Of a stretch of DNA of 64,000 bases, positions 43,192 through 52,620 are shown in pieces; position 1 is the first letter of the stretch; the number at the start of each line of letters is the position of its first letter. The notes under the pieces are model-generated. The model saw only the letters and a list, made by a program, of their open reading frames with translations. It had not been told where the DNA came from and made no database searches. The stretch is from assembly GCA_963841015.1 (NCBI GenBank), contig CAWJAX010000005.1, positions 512,001-576,000 on the forward strand, given 5' to 3'. A program made the position numbers and the translations under genes. The stretch is from an uncultured Methanoregulaceae archaeon. GTDB taxonomy: Archaea > Halobacteriota > Methanomicrobia > Methanomicrobiales > Methanospirillaceae.

Positions 43192-43192
43192 T

Positions 43193-43591
43193 TTATTTCA
43201 CCCCGCATAATTTCTGCACCAGTTCAATGCCGAGAAGGATAGGTTCGTTCATCGCAACGTCGACTTTGACCGGAGTTCCTTTGAATGTTGGCATACCTGT
43301 TGAGTAGGTATTGGGGTCGATTATGGAATTTGCCCAGGGTCCCATGGGGATGAACCCGACGCCCGGGTGTGGTCCCTGCGTGGTCTCGATAGCCTTCACG
43401 ATAACGCTGCCATGATCGCTCGTGACTCTCACATTTGTATTTTTCCACGCCCCAAGTTTTTTCAAATCTGACGCATCAAGCTCGATGATCCCAGAGGCAG
43501 TGCGATAGAGGGGTTTTTCCTTACCGCCTTCAATCGCAACACCCTGCTGGATGCTCCGGCCTGATATCAGGTTCACGTTAATCGTTGCCAC
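43193..43591 (-). CDS. fwdD: Formylmethanofuran dehydrogenase subunit D
   Basis: SGRSIQQG, FIPMGPWAN, GMPTFKG; GTG start after GGAGG. Confidence 0.94.
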   Translation of the reverse strand: MATINVNLISGRSIQQGVAIEGGKEKPLYRTASGIIELDASDLKKLGAWKNTNVRVTSDHGSVIVKAIETTQGPHPGVGFIPMGPWANSIIDPNTYSTGMPTFKGTPVKVDVAMNEPILLGIELVQKLCGVK

Positions 43592-43736
43592 TGTATATTC
43601 CTCCAATAATCGGGTAATTTAAGCAAAACAATGTATCCTGCCCGCCATTACATAAATCCCACCATTGTGACAACGGCCTTTTTCAGCCATTGTAAAAATG
43701 GGATGGGGGGATAGCATTGCCACACTCCATACACCC

Positions 43737-44195
43737 TTATTTATTGAACTCCTTGATGGGGCTTGGTCCGAGTTCATTGATTGTTTTCACTACATCGGTG
43801 ATGACGGCACCCCACTTGGCACCCTCGGATGCGGATACAAAGGTCATCCTGAAGCGGCGGTCATCAAGACCGATGCTCTTCATAAGGCGCTTGACCATGA
43901 ACATACGCTTTGCACCTTTGTAGTTGCCTTCAAGATAATGGCAGTCACCGAAGTGGCAACCAGAGACAAGGACTCCATCTGCACCATCGGCAAATGCCTT
44001 GAGGACGAACAATGCATCAATACGTCCGGTACACATGACACGGACTACCCGGACATCTGGCGGGTACTGTATGCGGCCACCACCGGCAAGGTCTGCACCG
44101 GCATACGAGCACCAGTTACAGAGAATACCAAGTATTTTTGGCTGCCAGACTCCTGGCTCACGTTTTGGAATAGGGAATTCGGGTGCAGCTGACAT
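43737..44195 (-). CDS. mvhD: MvhD [2Fe-2S] subunit
   Basis: CNWCSYAGAD, RVMCTGR, GCHFGDCHY. Confidence 0.96.
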   Translation of the reverse strand: MSAAPEFPIPKREPGVWQPKILGILCNWCSYAGADLAGGGRIQYPPDVRVVRVMCTGRIDALFVLKAFADGADGVLVSGCHFGDCHYLEGNYKGAKRMFMVKRLMKSIGLDDRRFRMTFVSASEGAKWGAVITDVVKTINELGPSPIKEFNK

Positions 44196-46312
44196 TACTG
44201 CTCACCTCCGAGCAGGAATGCATCGATCTGCGCCACGATCTGCGGGGTAGCAAAGTGATTCATCCAGATTGCCCCGCCGGGGCAGAAACCACCGCAGGTA
44301 CCGCAACCCTTGCATTTGGCTTCGGTTACTTCCATAACTGTGCGACCATCCTTTTCTACAAGTGCAAGCGCACTGTAGGGACAGAGGCTGATGCACATAC
44401 CGCAGCCTGCACACCGCTCTTCAATGCACATGGCAAAGTACGGCTCAAGTTCGACCTCACCCGTGTGGATGGGGATACTTGCTGCAGATGCTGCACCTTC
44501 GGCAGATGCGACGGTATCAGGAATATCCTTTGGACCCTGGCAGACACCGGCAAGGAATACACCGGCAGTTGTCGTTCCGCAGGGGTTCAGCTTCGGGTGG
44601 GCTTCTAAGAGCCAGCCGTCCATTGAACAGGAAACCCCAAAGAGCTTGCGGGTCCTGTTGGTATCTGCTTTCGGCTGTACTGCCGCTGCAAGAACCACGA
44701 GATCGACTTCCATATCAACCGGTCGGTTCAGCAGGGTATCATCTGTATAGACATGAAGGTTCTTGGTTGCCGGGTCCTCGAGTATGTTTGCAACACGCCC
44801 GCGGATGAACTTGGCACCCTCGTCCTGGATACGGTAATAGAACTCCTCGTACATCTTACCGAACGAACGGATATCCATGTAGAAGAGATATGCCTGTACA
44901 CCGGGTATCTTCTCATATATCTGGTGGGCGTGTTTTAAGGAATACATGCAGCAGAACCGCGAACAGTACGGTTTGCCATTGCCCGTGTTATCACGGGAGC
45001 CGGCACACAGCACGAAGGCGACTCTCTTGGGTGTTTCCCCGTCGCTTGGTCGTACAAGGTGACCGCTGGTCGGACCGGATGCACAGATGAGGCGCTCAAA
45101 CTCAAGGCTCGAGATGACATTTTCGAACTTCTTGTATCCCCATTCTGTTTTGTTCTCGACTGGGAACATGTCGTAACCCGTTGCGAGAATTGCTGTCCCG
45201 ACTTTGACCTTGACAAATTCGTCCTTATCCTCAAGAACAATGGCATTCTTCTCGGGACCGCAGGCGGTAACGCACAGCCCGCATTTTATGCAGGAGTCAA
45301 AATCGATCGTGTAGAGAAGTGGTACAACCTGCGGGTGACTGATGTAGATTGCCTTTCGGGGCTTCATACCCACTTCGAAGTCATTGGGTTTGATAACCGG
45401 GCACGGTGCTTCACAGTCACCGCAGCCGTTACAGCCGCCACCGACCATACCTTTCGCTGCTGCATCCGCCATGGAGAGGACACCGCGTGCCTTCTTGCGG
45501 ATGGTCACATCGAAGTTGCCGATGTAACCTTCGACTGAATCAACCTCTGAGTAGGTCATCAGCTCGATATTTGCGGCTCTGCCTACATCCACCATCTTTG
45601 GTGTTAAGATACACTGCGAGCAGTCGAGGGTCGGGAATGTCTTGTCCAGCTGGGACATGCGCCCGCCAATGGTGGGGGATGATTCAATGAGGTAGGTCTT
45701 GATCCCTGCATTTGCGAGGTCAAGGGCTGCCTGCATACCGGCAACGCCGGCGCCGACTACCATCGCCGCGTGCTCAACCTTCACTGCCTTCGGGAACAGG
45801 TCCTGCAGGAGTGATGCTTTTGCGACCGCAATCCTGATAGCGTCTTTTGCCTTGTCTGTTGACCCTTCCTGGTCATGCATGTGCACCCACGAGTTCTGCT
45901 CGCGGATGTTTGCCATCTCAAACCGGAACGGGTTCAGGCCACCTTCTTTTGTTGCTGTCCTGAATGTTGGTTCGTGAAGACGTGGTGAACATGCTGCCAC
46001 AACGACCCCGGTAAGGTTGTTGTCCTTGATTGCCTTGTTAATTACAGCCTGCCCGGGCATCGAGCACATATACTTGTAATTGTCAACATAGGCGACATTC
46101 GGGATGGTTTTTGCATATTCCCCCACGGCCTCGATATCCATGGAACCGGCAATGTTGGTACCGCAGTGACAGATAAAGACACCAACACGTGGCTGTTCTT
46201 TTGAGGTACTGCCGACTGATGGGGCTGCCTGCTTTTTGGCTTCCTGTTTTACGGGGGCTTCCTGTTTCTTTGCTTCCGTCTTTTTGGTAGTTGTTTTCTT
46301 CTTTTCGGCCAT
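44195..46312 (-). CDS. hdrA: Heterodisulfide reductase subunit A (flavin-bifurcating)
   Basis: CHCGTNI, ACSPRLHE, GAGVAG, KTFPTLDC, CSRFCC, GPKDIP. Confidence 0.97.
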   Translation of the reverse strand: MAEKKKTTTKKTEAKKQEAPVKQEAKKQAAPSVGSTSKEQPRVGVFICHCGTNIAGSMDIEAVGEYAKTIPNVAYVDNYKYMCSMPGQAVINKAIKDNNLTGVVVAACSPRLHEPTFRTATKEGGLNPFRFEMANIREQNSWVHMHDQEGSTDKAKDAIRIAVAKASLLQDLFPKAVKVEHAAMVVGAGVAGMQAALDLANAGIKTYLIESSPTIGGRMSQLDKTFPTLDCSQCILTPKMVDVGRAANIELMTYSEVDSVEGYIGNFDVTIRKKARGVLSMADAAAKGMVGGGCNGCGDCEAPCPVIKPNDFEVGMKPRKAIYISHPQVVPLLYTIDFDSCIKCGLCVTACGPEKNAIVLEDKDEFVKVKVGTAILATGYDMFPVENKTEWGYKKFENVISSLEFERLICASGPTSGHLVRPSDGETPKRVAFVLCAGSRDNTGNGKPYCSRFCCMYSLKHAHQIYEKIPGVQAYLFYMDIRSFGKMYEEFYYRIQDEGAKFIRGRVANILEDPATKNLHVYTDDTLLNRPVDMEVDLVVLAAAVQPKADTNRTRKLFGVSCSMDGWLLEAHPKLNPCGTTTAGVFLAGVCQGPKDIPDTVASAEGAASAASIPIHTGEVELEPYFAMCIEERCAGCGMCISLCPYSALALVEKDGRTVMEVTEAKCKGCGTCGGFCPGGAIWMNHFATPQIVAQIDAFLLGGEQ

Positions 46313-46322
46313 TATTCCCACC

Positions 46323-47240
46323 TCACAGCACCTTCTGCAGGAACGGTTCGCAGCTGATCCCGTGGAGGTCCAGCCCGAGGTCCTGCGGACTCATTCCCTG
46401 TGCCAGTCCGAGTAGTTCAGCAAAGTGCAGTACGGGTAAATTGTATGACACGCCAAACTTTTCCTGAATTTCAATCTGGCCACGGTCAAACTGGAGCTGA
46501 CAGAACGGGCAGATGTCCGTAAGAGCGTCAACCTTCGCCTCTTTGAGGTTGATCAGCTTTTCGTTGGCGATGTCCAGCGCATGTACAATATCGTAGCCAC
46601 GGACACCCCCACCGGCACCGCAGCACTGCATTTTATTGCGGTATTCGACCGGTGTTGCACCGATTGCAGCAACCAGCTCTTCCATCCACGTCGGGTGCTC
46701 GGTGTTCAGCATGACCTCATCTTCAAACTCCCGGTCTTTGTGGGGTTTTGTCAGGTGACAGCCATAGTGAACAGCGATACGTGCACCCGTGAGAGGGTTG
46801 GTCACGCTGGCGCGGACTTTCTCGACACCAATGAATTTGTCGTTGTAGAGAAGCTCGGCGGTATGGTAGACATTGATCGTGCCCTTGTACTCCATATCGA
46901 TTTCTTTGAGCACTTCATTGACCCCATCACGGAGGTCCTTGTTGTGCTTGAGCTTGTGGTTGACTTCCCAGATCGATTTATAGCAGCCGTTGCAGACAAG
47001 AGCGATATCCATTTTCATCTGTTCAGCAAGGACAAGGTTGCGGGCTGCCATTGCGTAAAAGACATTGAGATCAATCGATCCAAAAGCACCTGGTGCGGGG
47101 CAGCAGCTTGCACCCTTGAGAGGAACCAGCTCAACGCCAAGTTTTTTCATGGCCTTGATGGAAGCGGATTCAACACCCGGGTAACGGTTGGGGGCGATAC
47201 AGCCAAGATAGAATGCGAATTTGTGTTTTGCTTCTGACAT
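46323..47240 (-). CDS. hdrB: Heterodisulfide reductase subunit B
   Basis: CCPAPG, HYGCH, CCGAGGG, CPFC (CCG domains). Confidence 0.97.
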   Translation of the reverse strand: MSEAKHKFAFYLGCIAPNRYPGVESASIKAMKKLGVELVPLKGASCCPAPGAFGSIDLNVFYAMAARNLVLAEQMKMDIALVCNGCYKSIWEVNHKLKHNKDLRDGVNEVLKEIDMEYKGTINVYHTAELLYNDKFIGVEKVRASVTNPLTGARIAVHYGCHLTKPHKDREFEDEVMLNTEHPTWMEELVAAIGATPVEYRNKMQCCGAGGGVRGYDIVHALDIANEKLINLKEAKVDALTDICPFCQLQFDRGQIEIQEKFGVSYNLPVLHFAELLGLAQGMSPQDLGLDLHGISCEPFLQKVL

Positions 47241-47246
47241 GGTATC

Positions 47247-47828
47247 TTACCCCTCCCTTTCCTTGACAATCCGGTCGGCATTTGCTTTGAGTTTGTAGTG
47301 GTCCAGAATCTTCTGGATACCCTTGACGTATTCCGGATACATGTGGGTGGTCGGCGGGTCACGGGAAAGTCCAATCCTCTCGCGGGCAGCACGGTTCACA
47401 TCATTGTTGGGCACACCGTGTCCTGAACTGTAAATCGCCTGCACGGTCTTGAGGAAGTTCACGGGAATGATGTCTCTCTTGAAGGCGAGATTCCTCATTG
47501 CCATAATGACATCTGTTGGTGCGATATCACGGGGGCATCTGTCAGTACAGCTGTAACACGTTGTGCAGAGCCAGAGATCCGGATCCGTGAGGGACTCGTT
47601 CTCGAGACCGAGCACCGCTCTCCTCATAAATTTTCGGATGCGGTACGTGCTCCGGGGAGCAGACGGGCACGATCCGGTACAGGTTCCGCACTGGTAGCAC
47701 ATATGGGCGATGGTGCGTGAGATTCCTTTCACGTTTTTCGTGAATTCCGGGTTTGCGTCATCATTGAAATATCGTTGGTCGCGGAGTTTCTTCTCCAGCG
47801 CTTCCGGGTAACCTTTTGATCTAACCAT
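47247..47828 (-). CDS. hdrC: Heterodisulfide reductase subunit C
   Basis: CYQCGTCTGSCP and WLCTTCYSCTDRCP. Confidence 0.96.
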   Translation of the reverse strand: MVRSKGYPEALEKKLRDQRYFNDDANPEFTKNVKGISRTIAHMCYQCGTCTGSCPSAPRSTYRIRKFMRRAVLGLENESLTDPDLWLCTTCYSCTDRCPRDIAPTDVIMAMRNLAFKRDIIPVNFLKTVQAIYSSGHGVPNNDVNRAARERIGLSRDPPTTHMYPEYVKGIQKILDHYKLKANADRIVKEREG

Positions 47829-47837
47829 AGTACTCCC

Positions 47838-49028
47838 TCACGCCTTCTCCATTACTTTGAGATTGACCTGTCCTTTCACGTCTTCTTTCACTTTTGAAGT
47901 TCGCTTCGTGAAAAGTTTCTCTTTTATCTTCTTGAACAGGTCTGTTTCCGTACCCTTTACGCGGACGCCGGTCCTCTGCATGACTATGATATCCTCACCG
48001 GGACATGCATTGACACAGGCACCGCACAGGATACAATAGTCCTTGTTAACGGCAATGGTCGGCTCTACCACGCCCTTCATGTCGGCCGCAGGCTTTGCTG
48101 TCGGGAGATAGATCGCATTTGCCGGGCAGATTTCGATGCAGGTCGAGCAGCCTCCGGGACATTTCTCGGCATGGAACTCGATATCTCCTTCAAAAATCTT
48201 CTCAACCGTTATTGCCTCGGGCGGGCAGTTCCGCGAACACCACTGGCAGGTGCAGCAGTTGTCCTGGATAATGCTGACCTTTCCGTCAATTTTATCGCTG
48301 ATAACTTCGCGCTCGACAGTGATGCACTCTTCGGGACATGCTTCAACACATACCTTGCACGCATCACATTTGGACTCTTCCCACGGGAGCCCGGTGACCG
48401 GGTCAGCAACTGACTCGACCTTTCCGGTTTCTGCGGTGAACTCCTTGTGTTTGACGGTGATTGCCGGGCAGAGTGCGCCACAAATACCGCACAGCGAACA
48501 TTTTTCCATATCGACTTTAAACGTCGTCTTGGTTTTGATCGCAGCCTGCCGGTCTTTTGCTCCGCTTACCGGTCCTTTATAGGTTCCTTCGTAGGCAGGG
48601 ACGTTCCGGTCAATTGCATCACGGGGGCAGACCTCTTCACAGATCGTGCACCGGGTGCATTTCTCGTCATCAATCTCCGCCTTCATATCATATTGCGGGA
48701 ACCCTTCCTTCTCAAGGATCGGAAGTTTCTCCTGTCCATCAACTTTCAGAGTCAATGCATTGAACGGGCACATTACGACGCATACGCCGCAATACGAGCA
48801 CTTGACCTCGTCAACATCGACCGGTGCAGCGTAATTGATTGCACCACGCCTTGATGCACCGACGAGCCCGAGCACAATTGCTTCTTCGGGGCAAGCCTCG
48901 ACACAGATACCACATCCTGTGCAGGTCTCTGAATTCAGAATGAGGTTGTTCACGCTCTGAAGGAGGCGCTGCTCCATTACAACGTTAACACCCTCTCGCT
49001 TTTTAGAAAACTTTGGAAACAATGCCAT
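47838..49028 (-). CDS. fwdF: Polyferredoxin FwdF
   Basis: Eight CxxCxxCxxxCP-type motifs; position in the fwd/hdr cluster. Confidence 0.9.
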   Translation of the reverse strand: MALFPKFSKKREGVNVVMEQRLLQSVNNLILNSETCTGCGICVEACPEEAIVLGLVGASRRGAINYAAPVDVDEVKCSYCGVCVVMCPFNALTLKVDGQEKLPILEKEGFPQYDMKAEIDDEKCTRCTICEEVCPRDAIDRNVPAYEGTYKGPVSGAKDRQAAIKTKTTFKVDMEKCSLCGICGALCPAITVKHKEFTAETGKVESVADPVTGLPWEESKCDACKVCVEACPEECITVEREVISDKIDGKVSIIQDNCCTCQWCSRNCPPEAITVEKIFEGDIEFHAEKCPGGCSTCIEICPANAIYLPTAKPAADMKGVVEPTIAVNKDYCILCGACVNACPGEDIIVMQRTGVRVKGTETDLFKKIKEKLFTKRTSKVKEDVKGQVNLKVMEKA

Positions 49029-49052
49029 GAATAAACCCTCAACCTTGTTCCT

Positions 49053-49319
49053 TTATTGTACCTTTGCCTGTGCTCTGGACTCCCAGGGCCCTGTCAGCTT
49101 GATAACATCATGCGGGCATGCCTGGACACAAACGCCGCAACCGGCGCAGAGTTCACCTTTAAAATCAAGCACTATGGATTTCCCATCCTTGACTTTGTAG
49201 ATCTTTTCCTTTGAGGAAGGATCCACCGTGTGAAGCTCCAAAGCGTCCACAGGGCACGCGACGACACAATTGTTACAGCCGGTACAATTTTCCATGTTTA
49301 TGTGCACTGCAAATGCCAT
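49053..49319 (-). CDS. fwdG: Ferredoxin subunit FwdG
   Basis: CTGCNNCVVACP and CAGCGVCVQACP. Confidence 0.88.
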   Translation of the reverse strand: MAFAVHINMENCTGCNNCVVACPVDALELHTVDPSSKEKIYKVKDGKSIVLDFKGELCAGCGVCVQACPHDVIKLTGPWESRAQAKVQ

Positions 49320-49583
49320 TTTTTTTCACGCACCAGCTATGATCGATTTCAAAAATCGACTATCAAAAAGTGGTCGAAGAAGATAGATAAATGTTCTGAA
49401 ATAAGCCCATAAAAAAGGGGAATTTATTCAGGATTTTTAATTTTTATAAATATACTCTTGAATCATGTTAATTTAAAAAAATTTACTCAATTCGCCATTT
49501 TCCATGCGCTGTATAAACCGGATTAAATTAGAAAATTTATTCAATAAACATCATTGTACCTTTGTAGTACCGGAGGTTATCAA

Positions 49584-50468
49584 ATGGAAATCAACGGAGT
49601 TACTATTGATAATACGTACGCAGAGGCATTCCCGACCTGGGTCTGCCGTGTAATCATCACTGCGGTGACGAAGGAATGGGCAGAGAAAGCAGCAACGGAA
49701 GCAACCGGATTTGCAACATCGTCTATTGGCTGCCCATGCGAGGCAGGAATTGAAGGATTTGTGCCGGCAAGTGAGACTCCCGATGGAAGACCGGGTGTTG
49801 CCATCCTGATCTGTGCCAGCAAGAAGAAACTCAAGGAACAGGTCGTGGAACGCCTTGCAGAATGTGTCCTCACTGCACCTACCACAGCAGTTTTTAACGG
49901 GATCACCAATGCAGAGGAAAAAATCCCGGTCAAGCTTCACTTCTTTGGTGATGGCTACGAATACCAGAAAGAGGTAGGCGGGAGAAAGTGCTGGGCTATT
50001 CCCATTATGCAGGGTGAATACGTTGGCGAAGAGGAGTTTGGCATCGTCAAGGGTGTTGCCGGCGGAAACTTCTTTGTGATGGGTGAGAACCAGATGGCAG
50101 CTCTCATGGGAGCAAAAGCTGCAGTTGACGCGATTGACAGGGTGCCGGGCACTATCACGAGTTTCCCGGGTGGTATTGTCGGGAGCGGTTCAAAAGTGGG
50201 CAGCCTGAAATACAAGTTCATGATTGCTTCGACCAATGAGAAGTACTGTCCGACACTCCGGGAAAAAGTTGCTGACACCAAGGTCCCGGCTGGAATCAAG
50301 GCAGTCTATGAGATTGTTATTGACGGGATTGATGAGAAGTCTGTTGCAGCGGCAATGGGAGCCGGTGTCAGGGCAGCTGTCATGGTTCCGGGCGTGAAGT
50401 TCATCTCTGCTGGAAACTTTGGCGGTACTCTTGGACCATTTAAGATTGATCTGCACAAAGTGCTCTGA
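49584..50468 (+). CDS. ftr: Formylmethanofuran:H4MPT formyltransferase
   Basis: MEINGV.I..TYAEAF, TPDGRPG, GVAGGN, SAGNFGG.LG. Confidence 0.97.
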   Translation: MEINGVTIDNTYAEAFPTWVCRVIITAVTKEWAEKAATEATGFATSSIGCPCEAGIEGFVPASETPDGRPGVAILICASKKKLKEQVVERLAECVLTAPTTAVFNGITNAEEKIPVKLHFFGDGYEYQKEVGGRKCWAIPIMQGEYVGEEEFGIVKGVAGGNFFVMGENQMAALMGAKAAVDAIDRVPGTITSFPGGIVGSGSKVGSLKYKFMIASTNEKYCPTLREKVADTKVPAGIKAVYEIVIDGIDEKSVAAAMGAGVRAAVMVPGVKFISAGNFGGTLGPFKIDLHKVL

Positions 50469-50772
50469 AATTTTCTCTTTTTTTAATTTATTGCGATCAC
50501 ATCGATCGTTATTTATATTTTTATTGCCGATTCTTTTGTTAACGAAATTTTCGGCGATAACATGATCACCCTGACACACAAGGACGTGAATCCCCGATTC
50601 CGACCTCTTTTCAGCCCGATCTTTCGCCTGGGGGTTGGCGGATTCAATGGTACCTCAGCGATCATCGGACGATGCATTGCCCGAAGCACCAGTACAGCGG
50701 ATATGATGAACCGATTGTGTACCTGGGATGGGGTAATACAGGAAATCAAAGGAATTGAGATGGCTGGACACT

Positions 50773-51669
50773 ATGACGAACATCCCTGAACCGTATGTCA
50801 TACACTACCCGCGGATTGTGGCAGTAGCTGATGAAGCAGGCAGTCATGTGGAGCTCATTGAGTTCTTTGACTGTGTTGGCGGGGCAATGTGGTCAAAGCA
50901 CCACTATGCCCAAAGCCCGGTGGTAAAAAATGTCCGCTGTGTTGGCCAGACCATGCGGTACCTCTTAACCACGGGTACCGTGGACCTTGCTCTTGAAGGA
51001 TCCAGGTTTCCGGCCGGTATCTCCTCGTGCATTGTCGAAAAATCTGAGATCGCTGTCACCTACATCGGAATGGGTGGGGGCGGGGTAGGTGCAGCAGCAT
51101 GCCGTTCTGATGCAGCTGGTGTCCTGCGGAGCAGGTGCGATGAATCCGGGGGTGGGAAAGTTGCCGGTTCCACGATATGGCTGCCCCGCATGCAGCGGGT
51201 TCTCATTGGTGTCGATGATACTGATACCCCTGACGAGGGAGCCACGTGGACGCTTGTCCATAATATTGCAAAAGCGGTTGAGGATGAGCATTCGGTATAC
51301 CTCTCGCACACGATAGTCCAGCTCTTCCCGGTGCCGTACCGTACCAAGAACTGTGTGAGTCTTGTGGCAGAGTTCGCGACAACGGATACCAAGGGACTGA
51401 CAGAAAGGTTCCGGCAACTCCTCGAACGGTACACTCTCTCCCAAAAAACGGGGATGGCAGTCTATACCGGGTTTACACTCTCAGAAAAACTGCTTGAATA
51501 CGGGCGAAATGTCAAACGGGGAGAGATTAAACCGGGAGTGCTCGGAGGCCTGGATGACAAAAACCTGCAGATAATACTGGATGGCAGGGGCATAATCGGG
51601 GCGGTTGCCGCCATCCCTTTTTACACCCGGTACGAGGAGGCGCTGGAATTATGCAGTGGACGGACCTGA
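50773..51669 (+). CDS. mmp11: Methanogenesis marker protein 11 (C-terminal half resembles the TiaS IGxDDTD domain)
   Basis: PY...Y..I, C.GG..W..HHY, GMGGGGVGA..CR, IGVDDTD, KNC, GRGIIGAVAA. Confidence 0.8.
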   Translation: MTNIPEPYVIHYPRIVAVADEAGSHVELIEFFDCVGGAMWSKHHYAQSPVVKNVRCVGQTMRYLLTTGTVDLALEGSRFPAGISSCIVEKSEIAVTYIGMGGGGVGAAACRSDAAGVLRSRCDESGGGKVAGSTIWLPRMQRVLIGVDDTDTPDEGATWTLVHNIAKAVEDEHSVYLSHTIVQLFPVPYRTKNCVSLVAEFATTDTKGLTERFRQLLERYTLSQKTGMAVYTGFTLSEKLLEYGRNVKRGEIKPGVLGGLDDKNLQIILDGRGIIGAVAAIPFYTRYEEALELCSGRT

Positions 51670-52620
51670 AAGCCCGGCTTCTGGCGGTTGGTCAGGCACA
51701 CCTGACCGGTGAACCGGCAGAAAACTATATCGCCCGTTCAGCTGCAGGTACCCGGTGCCGGTGGCAGCGGTGCAGTTTTTTTTGCCATGGGAAGTCACCG
51801 GGTCAAGCTTGCGCTCAGCCCGGTAAGCAGTATCGAGATTGCACACCGTGGCAACGGAACTGCCGATCTGTTCTTTGAAGGACAGAAAATCTCCGGACAC
51901 CTGCTGGAACCCGGGTTCCATTGCCCTGATCAGGCTTTTATCACCGTGACCGGCAGCTGCATTTTTTCCTGCAGCTATTGTTCCGTCCCCCGGATCGGGG
52001 GAAAACGCAAGACCATCAAAGAGATCACAGCGATGGTGGAATCGGTACGTGACCATATCCATGCAATCTCCATAACAAGCGGGGTCCTCACGAGCATTGA
52101 AGAAGAAGAGGCCTATGTTCTTGAAGTGGTAAAACACCTCGCTTCGTTTAACCTGCCTGTTGGTGTCTCCATCTACCCGACCACAACGACACCCGACCGG
52201 TTAAAGGAGCTGGGCGTGGCTGAGGTGAAATTCAATCTCGAAGCGGCAACCCCGGAACTGTTTTCTCAGATGTGCCCGGGTCTGGATTACGGGGTACTCT
52301 GGCAGGTACTGGATCGCTCGGTGAAGCTGTTCGGGAAAAACCGTGTCTTTTCCAATGTCATCATAGGCCTGGGGGAGACTGATGCGGAGCTGGAAACCTG
52401 TATCCAGAAGCTGACAGCGCTCGGGGTGATTCCGGTTCTGCGCCCACTCAATCCGGTAGCCGGGCTTGCAGGCTCACCACGGCCATCTGCACAACGGCTG
52501 ATGAAAATCTTTGCCATACATGCACGGGCTCTTGACCAGGCTGGTCTTGATCCAAAACTTGCAGTTACGATGTGCACGAATTGTGCAGGTTGTGATCTCG
52601 TGCCGGGGAGGGACCAATGA
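51651..52620 (+). CDS. Radical SAM protein, BioB/LipA-like (frameshift near 51750)
   Basis: SAAG-PGAGG after joining the frames, HCP, CIFSCSYC, KFNLE, IIGLGETD, C-terminal MCTNCAGCD. Confidence 0.8.

Noticed and set aside
41875-46312. Selenocysteine or pyrrolysine recoding in fwdB, mvhD or hdrA, with the mvhD-fwdD hairpin as a SECIS
   Set aside because: All relevant positions are Cys codons and there are no in-frame TGA/TAG interruptions.
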